A DNA stretch of 64,000 bases from Podospora anserina (taxonomy: Eukaryota): positions 496,001-560,000 of the forward strand of contig CM030335.1 of NCBI GenBank assembly GCA_017654855.1, in the 5' to 3' direction. Within the stretch, counting starts at the first letter, position 1. Each line of letters begins with the position of its first letter. Of the stretch, positions 36,802 to 48,085 are shown piece by piece. The translations under genes and the position numbers were made by a program. A model generated the notes under the pieces. That model saw only the letters and a list, made by a program, of their open reading frames with translations. It was not told where the DNA came from and searched no databases.

Positions 36802-37415
36802 TTACACATGAGCCTTGATCTCGGCGTTGCTGTTCTCAATCTCAATGCTGTTGCCCGCCACACGGTTGCCGAAGCAGCCTCCCTTGTGGCAACACTTCCA
36901 AGAGCTGATCGAGTCGTTGAAGTTGCCGTTTCCATCGTTGAGCTTCTGATCCTCCTGGGTGTCGTAGCTGCTTCCCTGGCAGTCCCGATTCCTAAATCAC
37001 AGAGTTAGAATTCTGTCTGAAAGGCTTTCGAAAGGTGACGAGCTGCTTACAGGTACCATCCGCATTTCAAGGCATTCTTGTTGTTGTTCTTGATGGCACT
37101 AATCTTGTTGTCCCAGTTGGAGGGGAAGTTGATTTCATGGTGTGCGGTTAGTTTGGTGTTTAGTCCCAGTAGGTAGCTATTGCAGCCAATGATATGTCAA
37201 TGAGATAAAATGGAACACTCACAACAGTTGTTGGGAGTAAACTCAAAGGTGTGGCAGGGGACACCCCACTTGATGTGCTCACAGGCATAGACGGAGGCAT
37301 CCTCTCGGCGAGAGATTCCGCTGTGCTCTGAGACAGGCACATTTGCTGTGGGGGCAGCCATAGCGGAGAAACCTCCCAAAGCGAGGAGGGTGATAAAGGT
37401 CTTGAGTTGGAACAT
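36802..37415 (-). CDS. Small secreted beta/gamma-crystallin-like protein; first 3' splice site reads AA rather than AG
   Basis: Signal peptide plus RR site; exons 37415-37223, 37132-37051, 36991-36802 give VYACEHIKWG...CFNFPSNWDNKISAI...CGWYLNRDCQG...FNDSISSWKC (two Greek-key-type motifs). Confidence 0.75.
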
Positions 37416-38682
37416 CTTGATTGTTGAGATTGAGGATTGGTTCACTGGAGTAGCTTGGGGTTTTTGACTTGAGACTTGATGATGTGTTTGAGTGAAAGAA
37501 AATGAGTCGACATGTTTCCTCCCTTTATACACTTCTTCTCGTCCCTTTTCCAGGCGCATCAACTCACCGAACTGGAATTTGAAACAGGAACATAGCAAGG
37601 CCCAAAGCATGAGCAGATAACGCTTACCAGATGCATCACTAAACTCCCTGGCTGCTGATACATGGACTCGAGGAACTTTGACGATGTCGGATTAAGCCAG
37701 CGGACTAAGCCAGCGGACGTATACTGACAGGGTCCAGAATCCTTTCAGTTGCCACCCCTTCATCGCTTTATCACAGACTCCGAGTTCAAGTTGTTGACGG
37801 ATTTCGCATTGGCTATATGACGGGATTTATTTCACAAAGATGCCCCCTCAAAGTCTGATGAGGTTTTAGGCAAGGCAACTCGAACATTAGCTAGAAACAT
37901 AATGACGTTTCTACTGTATCTAGTAGGTGAACCAACACTTCAGTTGGGATTTGACCTGCTACCCACCCAAGAAATCCAAGAATGCTATGGCGAAATCAAA
38001 GACACCAGCGTCCCAAGCTACATCATCATGAGCCTCATCAATCGGCCTGCAACTGTGATAGGTTGTTGACTGTAACATATCTGACGACAATGACTAAGAC
38101 TCTTGGTAAGTTGAAGCGCAGTGTTTTGCCCCCGACCATCACGCCAGTGCTGGAACAAAACATTCACCTCGCTTACATCATTCTCCTGGCATGGAAGGTG
38201 ACAGGCTTGTTTATTCCTCCAATGTAGCGCTAGGCATGCTACACTGCAGAACAAGACGGGATGCCACCGGTGCTATCACTCGCCCTATTGTAGTATTTAC
38301 CAGGTGGCTGAATGATATCAGCTCAAAATTGTGTTGTTGAATGAACAATCTGCATCCGAGTCTGTTATTACATTGGAGATAGATGTATTCATGACAGACA
38401 AAGAACATGTCGCCACACCACCTGACAAAATCGCCCTCTGACTCAGAAGAATTACACACAGTACATACAGTTCACCATTGACATTTTACTTGGGTACCTT
38501 GCACAAGTTAAAGCACAGAGTTTATATTTCTGTAAAGAAAAAAGGTACAGATTATTACTCCCGTCACCAACCCTCATACCACTATTATCCCCACGTCATC
38601 ACCCCCACTCCCCATCAGTTTCCCTTAACAACCCCGTTGGCTACCTGAAGCTTACCTAAAACATTAAAAATAAAACTCACTT

Positions 38683-38775
38683 CCCCTCCCTCTCCCGCTC
38701 CCTCTCCCGCTCCCTCTCCCTCTCCTTCTTCCTCTCCCTCTCCCTCTTCCTCTCCCTCTCCCTCTTCCTCTCCTT
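38683..38775. repeat. Polypyrimidine (CTCTCC/CTCCCG)-type hexamer tract; (GAA)n at ~38983-39008
   Basis: Directly visible; gives the poly-RE end of a doubtful minus-strand ORF. Confidence 0.85.
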
Positions 38776-39491
38776 CACCCTCTCAACCTTCTCCAGCGAA
38801 ATCCCCATAATCCAAAGCCCCATCTTTGTGGAAAGGCTGTTATTCTTGTCCTTCTTCTCCTTTTTGGAGGATTTAGCATGGACGGTGGATGAAGATGATG
38901 CAGCCTGGTGATCAGGGCTGAAGTTGGGGGTTTTGTGGGAGTTGTCGTGGGTTGGGCAAGTATTTTGGTGGTGGTGGGAGGGAGAAGAAGAAGAAGAAGA
39001 AGAAGAAGCCTTAGCGGGCTGTTTTCCCTTCTCCTTGTTTTTGGAGGAGATGGTGGGGTTGGTGAAGTGGGAGTCCATTTTGGTTTGTTGTTGTGGGTTG
39101 TGCATTTGTTTGTACGAATGGAAGGGGTGTAGTTTGTTGTGAGTGTTTAGTTGATGGTGACGAGTAATGCGGATGAAGGATGGGAGAGACTCGAAGGGGT
39201 CAAGTTGTTTAAATAATGGTTGACTGGGGAGTTTATTCAGAGGGCCAGGTGAGAGACTCAGTGCTATAACTTTCGACCACAACAGCTGTGTTGACAGAGC
39301 CGCTTGACTGTTGGGCACATCTGTTGGAAGTTGTTTTGTATTGTTATGGCTCATGAACTTGGAAACAAGCTGCCAGTCCTCTAGGCCAGAGAACAAATGT
39401 TGGGAACAAGGGCCCTGTGATCCATCCACTTTTTTGCGCGACTGAAGAGCAACAATCGTATTGTGCATAGATGATGATAGTTCTCTTTGTC

Positions 39492-39746
39492 TCACACGTT
39501 GGCGGAACCATCACTGGCGGACTGCTGTTGTCTAGCACTCTCCAGAACTTGCGATTTCCTATTGACACATTTTCTTCTGCAAGGCTTGCTGTATAGACAA
39601 GACATGCCATCCGAGCAGGCCCTGGTGTACAGGGAAGGCTTGCAGAGTTGACATGCCTTGCAGAGTTGACATGCCTTGCAGAATTGAGATGCCTGGCAGA
39701 GTTGACAATCCTGGCAGACGTCGCAACTCTTGCCAGGCACGACCAT
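39492..39746 (-). CDS. Putative small Cys-rich (CxxCxxC) metallothionein-like ORF
   Basis: MVVPGKSCDVCQDCQLCQASQFCKACQLCKACQLCK...; 84 aa, 13 Cys; core encoded by an 18-bp tandem repeat. Confidence 0.35.
   Translation of the reverse strand: MVVPGKSCDVCQDCQLCQASQFCKACQLCKACQLCKPSLYTRACSDGMSCLYSKPCRRKCVNRKSQVLESARQQQSASDGSANV
39639..39728. repeat. Five tandem copies of an 18-bp unit (CTTGCAGAGTTGACATGC)
   Basis: Two identical plus three diverging copies. Confidence 0.9.
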
Positions 39747-39946
39747 CCTCGTAGCCTTGCAGATTTGGAGACTGGCAACCAAGTGGGACTTGTTTTCTCA
39801 GTTAGGGCCGGAAGTAGAAACATGCTACACTCTTGGATCAGTAGAGGAGAGCGATCCTTGGTATTCACTTGATTCATTCAAACACTATGTGCCTAATCGT
39901 TCAAAACGCTAGCCAAATCGCCATGCACGCTCGATAATGTACTTCA

Positions 39947-41494
39947 TTAATAGTTGCAGATACCTCCAACATCATCGTCAATAGTCCAAGTACCTGCCAA
40001 ACCAGGCATCTCCACCTCCTCAGTGACAGTATGAGACATCAGCAACCCAGCCCCCTCCTCGGGTTTTCCAGCAAAGAAGTCGTTCTGACCCGGGCCTTTG
40101 TGCACTCTGCTCATGAACCGCTTGGTCCATTCCTCAATAGCAGGTTCACCCGTCTCATCCCTGGCCTGCTTGAGGAAAGAGATGAGTGCTGTGCCGCCAG
40201 TTCCCTTGAGAGCACTCTTCTTCCCGTCATCAGCAGCTTTTTGAGCAGTGGCAGCAGCACCACGGGCATCGTAAGCAATCCCCTGAGGCTGCTGGCGAGA
40301 AGCAGTAGCGAGGTTGACCTTGCGACGGGCGACCTCGGGACTCCGACTGCGGCTCCGGGCGCGAACTTCCCGGCTGGGCAGGACAATATACCGCGTGACA
40401 ATAGCAATGTGCTTGTCGCGGAGAGCGCGCAACATGGACAAACAGGCGTCGTAGGCAACTGAGAGAGGTTTGTTGTCCTTGTTCTGCTCGACATATTCGC
40501 GAATGTTGGCAACACCTTGAACATCCTGGAGGAATCTAGCATGGGGTCCGGGCATATACTGACGCATCTCCATGATGAAGTTGTGCTTGGGCGCAGGGGC
40601 GTGACCTTCACGTCCGCGCTCCTTGGTCGGCTTCTCACCAGTGGGGCGATGGGTGATGCCCAAGACGATGTCGAAGAATTGGATCAGACTGCTCTGGGCA
40701 TTGCTGCCACCGGCATATTGGCGGTAGGTCTCGGTTCCAGTTCCGTCCTCGTAGATAACGCCGTTGGGCAAACCGGCTTCGCCCATGTTCTTGCTGCCGG
40801 CCAAAAAGGGACGGATGCGGTTGTAAAAGATGTTGGGGTCGCAGCTCTCATGCATGCGGACCAACAGGGTGGTCAGATCATCCAGACGCTCAGCAAACGT
40901 GCTCAGGCAGCTGGTGACGGCCTTTGCATCGTCCTCCCGGGCAGCAGCGATAGCCCTCAGCATCAGGGGGACGATGGGTGCACCACGGGCTTCCATGGCG
41001 ACAGAGACAAGGTAAAACCAGGACTCGTCGATGCCACCGGTGAAAGTGCACAAGCTGGCGAGGTTCTCGAGATTGTCGATATCCTCGTCCATGAAAAGGG
41101 GCTTGAAGTTCCAGAGACAGACAGCTGCGTAGGTGGCAACGGGCGGCACCTCGAGGTGTTCAGACACCTTCAACAGCGGGACTGAAATGGAAGGCGGCAG
41201 ACGGTCACTGGGACTATCACCGCCCCAGATGTAGCCGTGGGCCATAAAGGAGAGCAGCACGTAGGCTCTGCGCCATTCTGCGTCGTGTTCCAGACCGATG
41301 GTGGAGAGCACTGGGAGCCGGTCGATGACCCCGCGCAGCCGCTTGCTGAGAATGAGGGCCTGCAGGTTCGCCGCGATGGCCTCCCATTTGTTGTAGTAGG
41401 GATCCGGAAGCCTCGTCAACGGCAGGACGTCCGGGAGGAAGCCGTGGGTTGGAGAGATTCCATAGTTGGCCAGGTCCGGGATGGGCGCCAACAT
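39947..41494 (-). CDS. BNA2: Indoleamine 2,3-dioxygenase
   Basis: HGFLP, AHGYIWG, PPVATYAAVCLWN, GGSNAQSSLIQFFD, MRQYMPGPH, RDKHIAIVTRYI, GTGGT; intronless. Confidence 0.96.
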   Translation of the reverse strand: MLAPIPDLANYGISPTHGFLPDVLPLTRLPDPYYNKWEAIAANLQALILSKRLRGVIDRLPVLSTIGLEHDAEWRRAYVLLSFMAHGYIWGGDSPSDRLPPSISVPLLKVSEHLEVPPVATYAAVCLWNFKPLFMDEDIDNLENLASLCTFTGGIDESWFYLVSVAMEARGAPIVPLMLRAIAAAREDDAKAVTSCLSTFAERLDDLTTLLVRMHESCDPNIFYNRIRPFLAGSKNMGEAGLPNGVIYEDGTGTETYRQYAGGSNAQSSLIQFFDIVLGITHRPTGEKPTKERGREGHAPAPKHNFIMEMRQYMPGPHARFLQDVQGVANIREYVEQNKDNKPLSVAYDACLSMLRALRDKHIAIVTRYIVLPSREVRARSRSRSPEVARRKVNLATASRQQPQGIAYDARGAAATAQKAADDGKKSALKGTGGTALISFLKQARDETGEPAIEEWTKRFMSRVHKGPGQNDFFAGKPEEGAGLLMSHTVTEEVEMPGLAGTWTIDDDVGGICNY

Positions 41495-42539
41495 AACGGC
41501 GGGAATGTGTTTTTCGTTAAAAAGAGTAAAGGTAAAGTTGAGAGTCGAAGTGATAATCGCTTCAGTCGAAACAGTCCTGACGCAAGGAGTATACAGAATT
41601 GTCTCTGTAATACTCCTCAGCCGTGCGAAAACTCGGTTGAGGCGTGGGCATATGTTAAGAGTTAAGACGTTTGAAGTGTTCGGACCAGAAGACTTGTGGG
41701 ACGAGATGGGACGGGATAGTCAAGTAATAGATAGAAAAGAGTCAGAGTCGAGGTCAAGTGGTTGCTGAGTCGTAAGACAACTTGCGAGGGAGGCGCTGTC
41801 TTTTGTAAGCAGCACTTCCAATGAGCGAAAAGTTTGCCCCTCTTGAAAAAGTTATTATGGGACGGTGCCAAGACGTCAAACACTGCGCCGTTGGCATCTC
41901 GGATCAAATCATGGCAAGACAATGGCCAGGCACAGTGGAGACTTGAAGGAAAATATCGCAACCTGGAGCCTCAAAGGGCGCGCCCTTTTGCCCTGGGCAA
42001 TCGAGACGCCGTGTGCCTCTCTTCCAGGCTCATGTTGGAACTGCGCCGACCCCGGCCCCTCCTTTGCCCCCCGACCTGCCGTCACTTCACTATGCCGGTC
42101 TGTTCCGTCAGACGTGGGATGTGGGACGAGGGTGGCATTTGAATGACAGATGAGCCGAGGAAAGGAATGGAAGGACCTTTTTCTTCAAGAAGAAACCTGG
42201 AAGTCAGCAGAGCACTGAAGTATGCGGCTGCAATCGATCAAGATGCACAAAAAGATCTTGTCTTACCCCGCCATTAGCCGAGGACCGTGCACACCCGGGC
42301 CTCAAGCTCGGGCCAACTGGTGTTTGAGAGTCTTCGAAAAAGTGCCAAGGCTGAAATGCCAAGACAAATTGGTGCCCTGTCTCGTCATCCGAATGCCAAG
42401 GCTACCGCTGTCCCACAGCACGCCCCAGCCTGGTTCTGGCGGCACCTCAACGGCCGCAACGACGACGCTGACGACAACAACAGGGCCCCGGGTTTATGCG
42501 CCGATAACTACAAACACCTGCTTCTTCGAGGACGCCAAC

Positions 42540-44400
42540 ATGGCAGTCCAGCAGCATGTCCTGAACTGGCTGTACAGTGTCTTGACAAGTGTATGTTCCA
42601 ATTGCTACCTCGATATCGCGATAGAGCCATACTAACTGCTACCCCTCTCCGCCAACAGGAATATCGGGATGTCAACCGTGCCTACAGCGATGTTGCCCAG
42701 GCCCTCGCGCAATATCCCTCCCTCTCCCCGAGGACCGATGTCCACAGTATGCTCATGCTGCCTCGATGAATGATTGCGCGCGCATGGCCAGCTCACTGAC
42801 GATGCGCTGCGACAGCCTTCCCCAACGGTTCATCAGCTCTCCTCCTTCGCCTGACTGGCACCATCCCCGTCCTGTTTCGCCGCACAACATATCGATTCCC
42901 GATATCACTATGGGTTCCCCATGCCTACCCGCAGGAAGCGCCCCTGGTCTACGTGACCCCGACCGAGAATATGATGGTGCGCCCCGGCCAGCATGTTGAT
43001 CCGCAGGGACAGGTCTACCATCCATATCTCGCGGGCTGGGCTGGGTTTTGGGACGTATGTGCTCTTCCGGACGATACTATGGGGTTATCTGGGACTCGAA
43101 GCTGATTATCCCGTTGCAGAAGTCTAGCATTCTCGACTTTCTCGCCATTCTGCGAGATGTCTTTGCCAAAGAGCCGCCAGTAGTGGCTCGACAGCCAGGG
43201 GGACCGCCGCCTCCACCAGCTCAGCAATTGCAACCGGCATCACCACCTCCTGTTCCTCCCCTCCCGCCTGATCTCGCCGCCAGGCCATCAAGTCAGGCTC
43301 AACACCACAGCCCGGAAAATGCGCCGAGACCACCACCTCCTCCACCAAAACCCGGCATGCAAGTCGACCCACGACAACCTCCTGTCCAAGGGTCACCTCG
43401 AGCCGGTCCCCCAGTACCTCCACTACCACCAAAACCAGGACGTCCTATAAGCCAGTATGCCGGTGAAGATCCAAGACTGCACCATGAGCAACAAGCGAGA
43501 CCGGGTCCATCACGATACGACACAGCACCCCCATTACCACCCCAAGCGCCCCGGTCTCCTCCGGTACCACCACGTCCCTTCCACCCTCCAGTCCAGCAAC
43601 AACCACCACCACCACCAGGCCCCCAATACCAACGTTCTCCCCCTCCACCAAGCAACTACTCCCCGGGACCCCCTCAACCCCCTTACCTCCCCAACGACAC
43701 TCGCCGCTCCCTCCCTCCACAACAACAATTCACCCCCGTCCACCAACAACAATGGCAACAACCCCAAGCTCAACCTCCCATCCAACAACCCCCACCACCC
43801 CAACCCAACCCCCCCGTCCCAGACATCATGGACTCGGAAGACCTAACTCTTTCCATTCCACCCACCACAACCTCGGCGCCACCCATCCCCCCAAACCCTG
43901 AAAAAGACGCGATCCTCCGCCAGCTCGCCTCAACACTGTTTACACTACGGCAGCAGGCCCGTGACCAGAACAGCTCCTCCCTTGCAGGTCTGCAATCGCA
44001 GCGGCAAGCCATGGCGGCAGCAAGCCAAAGAATGCAAGCTGAGTCGGCGCAACTGACTCAGCTTTCGAACCTCCTGACGTCCAACACGTCCATCTTGCAG
44101 GACTCGCTCAGAAAGGCAGACGCAGTGATTGAGAGCTCGTCTCGTCTTCCAGAGCCGAATATTGACGAGCTTTTGGTGGCTCCGACAGTGGTGGGGAACC
44201 AGCTTTACGATCTTGTCGCCGAAGAGAGGGCGTTGGCGGATGCGATTTTTGTGCTTGGGAGGGCGGTGGAGCGGGGACGGATCGCGCCGCAGACATTTGC
44301 GAGGTTGACGAGGAGTTTGGCGCGGGAGTGGTATCTCAAGAAGGCGCTGGTGAAAAAGATTGGGGTTGGGATGGGGTTGAGTACCGGTGTTGGGTACTGA
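42540..44400 (+). CDS. VPS23: ESCRT-I subunit Vps23/TSG101
   Basis: Multi-exon UEV domain (YPSLSPRTDV, GTIPV, PHAYPQEAP, HVDPQGQVYHPYL), Pro-rich linker, coiled coil, steadiness box (QLYDLVAEERALAD...RSLAREWY). Confidence 0.93.
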
Positions 44401-44617
44401 ACTGTCGCAAGATAAATGGAAAAAAAAACAGGCAGTTGATAAGAAGAGAAGCGTTCATCTATTATTTATCTAATGCTACTTGGTACTTTCCAGCACAAGG
44501 CCGACTATCGGTTGTCTTGTGTGTCCTATCTTTCGTCTTAAACATGTCTTAACAATGATCCAAGATGTGTCTAATCCTCCCCAAGAGTTCTCTTCTCTCC
44601 TCAAACAAAAAAAAAAG

Positions 44618-47600
44618 CTACAGCTTGGGCCAACCCATGGTTCTCTCTCCCTGTCCTTGCCCCAAAACAACCCTCTTACCACCATCCTCTCCAGCCTCTC
44701 CACCACCACCCCTAGTCTCCTCCTCCTCCCACCTCCTCCAATCAACAACCCTCGACGGCCTAGGATGCTGCAACCTACAATTCGGCGTAGCAACAACAAC
44801 ATCCCAATCCTCTTCCCTATTCCCTCCTCCTCCTCCCCCAACCACACTCCCCTCCCGACTACTCCTCTCCTGCATCATCTTTCTCGGACTGATTAAATTC
44901 CCCCCTCCCGCCTGATGCCTAGCAGCACTCGAACTAGCCCTCCGTTCCCTCAACCGTCTCCCGATCCCCAATGCCGCCGCCGCCGCCCTCTTCCCCCAGC
45001 TCAAACTGGAACGTCTGCTCCCCCCTCCCTGCTTCACCGCGTGCACCAGATCTGGACTCAAGACCGGGCCCACACCGCCAGCTTTATTCCTCCACGCTTC
45101 ACCCCCCTTTTTGCCCAAGGAGGAGTGGTATAAACTCTGCTGAAGATGCTTCTTTGTAACAGCTACAGGACGCTGTACCTCTGCTGTTTCATGGCCGGGC
45201 GTGACATTGCCAGGGGAGTAATGACTAGCCGTGGGACTAACGCTAATGATTGAGGTGGTAGTAGCTTGGTGAATAACAACACCACCCTTCAAAACAGGCG
45301 GTGAATCGCGGTGGTGGTGAAAGCAATTGCCATCACCTGTGACTGGGATTATATCCCTCGTCCTGGATAAAAAGGCCTTGTCCAAGAATGGATCAGAAAC
45401 CGCCATGGTGGGGGCAGTCGTGCTCGTCTCCCAACTGTGTTTCGTCTCGAGGGTGCCATAGCTCTTCCTGTCGGGAAGGATGCGGCCATCTCTTGCGCTG
45501 GTGGGGTGGAAAAGCGTCGGCTTGGTGGTGGCAGTCTTGTTGACGAGTTCGGCGGAAGAAGGCGGTTCATAGCTAGGTTGTGGTGCTGGCTTGGAAGAGA
45601 TGGGCTCTTGTTGTTTCCCCGCCGGCGCAGGATTCGTCCGCGGAACCCTCCACATGGTCCCCTTGACAAAAAAGCTCGAGTCACGCCTAGGAGTGAGAGA
45701 CAGCCCGTCTGGCTTTGCAGTGGTGGTGGTATTCGCGCGCAAGACTCTGCTGCCCAGAGGCTTGCCGGCGGTGCTCTGCTGGACAACCCCGACGCTGTGT
45801 CTTGTTGTGATGGTCACCTTCGTCGTACCCTCAGCGGTCTTCATCCCAGCCGCCGCCGGCTTGCTCTCCCTCCGTCCCGTCAACGACAATGCTCTCAGCG
45901 CCCTTGCTCCTCGTCTCAACTCAGACATCGAAGGCCGTCTCACCGAATTGCGAGACTTCACCAGCTTGTTCGACGATGACCCTCTGCTCTTCTGAGACCC
46001 CGAGGTCGAGCTCACCGTTCTCGGACGACTAAGGTGTTCAAACAAGCCGATCCTATCCTTGACAGGAGACTCCTTGGTAGCAGTACCTTCCCCAGCACCA
46101 TCTTGGGACAAGTTTCCATACCCTCTCGACGACTTGCGAAGTGCCTCCTCCACTTTGGCCGGAAAAGGGGTCGTAGACCTTCGGGAGAAGGAGGAAGAAG
46201 AAGCAGTAGTGCTGCTCGAGTCGCGGTGTGTCCTGACAGCAACTGTGGTGGAGACCATGATGGGAAGACTGGGTCCGGATTTGACAGGAGCGGTCTCCCG
46301 TCTGGTTCTCCAGTGTTGTAAAAAAGGCGACGGTGGTGGTCCTGGTAGTATCCTCCGTCCGACACCGCTGTCACTGAGGCGGGCCACCGCCTTTTCCTTT
46401 GACTGCTTGGTGGGACTTTCGTTGGGAGGAGGCTTGACGGTGGAGATTTTGACAGAGAGTGTTCGTGCTTGGAGCAGCGGTCTCGATGGGGTGCTTCCCA
46501 ATTTGCCCCCGTGTTCAAAGGCTTCAGCGAGGGCTCGAGTGCGTCTTCTGTTGATGGGCTCGCTGGCTGGCGCTTCCGTGTGGTCACTGTTGCGTGCCCT
46601 CGGCGGTGTTTCGGAGCTCGGGTCCTTGCGTTTGTTTGCCTGACCTGGCTGGGCTTGGTAGATTCGTTCTGAAATCGCTTTCTTGTTTGGACTGGCAGAC
46701 TCGCTCTTGGGATGCTTTGACACGGACGACTTGGCTGACGACCCAGCCAACACAGCTTGCTCAAAGGCCATGCGCAAATCCGCCACGCTGTGTCTGTTTC
46801 TCTTGACGGTATTTTCCACCTCTCGTCCTACCTCGATGGATGACTGGCTCTGTTGCTTGCCTCTGACTGTCGAGACACTGCCGCCTGCCTTGGGATCCAT
46901 CTCGCTCGTCCTCGACGCTCTGAGGCTTGCAACAGCTTTGGCGTGCTCGACAAAGACCGGCTTGGAAGAACTCACTGCTGCACGAGTGATGATGGGCAAG
47001 GTAAAAGGGTCACCACCTCCTTGTTCAAACATCTTTCGTCTCTCGGCAACAAGCTTGGGGTCCCAACCCTTCCTCTCTTCGGGCACAACGCCACTGTCTC
47101 GCTTCTGTTCATCATGCTGCCGCTTTAGCTGGAACAGCGTGGAAGGTACCTAATCTTCCGTGTTCCCTGACTTTTGCTGATGGCGGATTATGAAGGGACT
47201 GGCTTCCAGGCGGGAAACCTTCTTGATCGGCGAGCTCGACTGCGGGTACATTGGCAGGCCGTCAGAACCGTGAAGCTTGGGTCCAGCAGCTGGCGTCGGT
47301 GTTCTTGGAGATATTGCTTCCCTTTCTGGTCTCTCTGCTTCGGAAAATGGGATGGCAATACGGGGGGGTTTGGTGAAAGGCGAGCCCTCGGTAAAGATGG
47401 GTCGAGGCTCGGTTCGCGGTCGTGCTCGGTTTTGCTTCTGGGTGTTCAGGGCAGTCGCTGCCGCTGGTTTCAACGGCGACGGGCCGTGGCGAGTCTCTTG
47501 TGCAATGACTTTGCTTACTGCGTCGGCAATCTCAAACTTGGACACCAGGCTGGCCAGGCCGGGCGCTGTGCTTCGAGCCGGGGGTGTTAGTTCCAGGAAG

Positions 47601-47845
47601 GCCATGCCCTCCATCCCGCGGTGCACATTCGGGCGGCGGGTTGCAAGGGTGGGTGTCTCGTGGGCGTGGACGCTCTTCGCGGGCGAGGTAAAGGAGCTTT
47701 GAGTGCTGATGCTACTGTCGCCATAACTTTTGCGTGGGAGTCGGAGGGGCTCTGGTTTGAGTTTGGAATCGGAGTAGTCTCGCTTGGTGCTTCTTGTTGG
47801 GAGGCCTGTATCGTTGAGCGTCAGTGTCGGGATTTGGGTGGCCAT
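44618..47845 (-). CDS. Large basic, Ser/Thr/Pro-rich hypothetical protein (1075 aa) split by one in-frame TAG
   Basis: ORFs 47150-47845 and 44618-47086 are in the same frame, separated only by TAG (47150-47152) and 21 sense codons; recurring short motifs (LVSKFE, RRKMFE, LRMAFE, LAEAFE, RIGLFE) occur on both sides of the stop. Confidence 0.75.
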
Positions 47846-48085
47846 TTCGGTTTCAGTCGCAGTTTTTGTGGCAAAGGGTCCAGTGTAGGAGTAACGAAGA
47901 TGCGGGCAGAGATGGATGACTGAGGCTGGTTTTGCTTCTGTGATGGAGTTAATCCGAGCGCCCAGGTGGTTGAGGATGGAAGGACCAGTTTCCAGGATAC
48001 GCGATCACGTTCGGGTCCCAGCAGCTGGGCATCGCTCCTTCCATCTAATATCAGGTAACGTCACTTCTATCTTTCCTGGTCCCGC

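Noticed and set aside
31293-38000. Intact Starship or transposase
   Set aside because: No tyrosine recombinase, DDE transposase or reverse transcriptase ORF recognised anywhere in the window.
38677-39495. 272-aa minus-strand ORF ending in poly-RE
   Set aside because: Largely microsatellite-derived low complexity with no recognisable domain; a shorter gene from 39105 cannot be excluded.
44610-44626. Terminal TAG of the large gene lies in a small AAGC-TGTA-GCTT hairpin
   Set aside because: Followed by a T10 run typical of 3' UTR; the extension looks non-coding.
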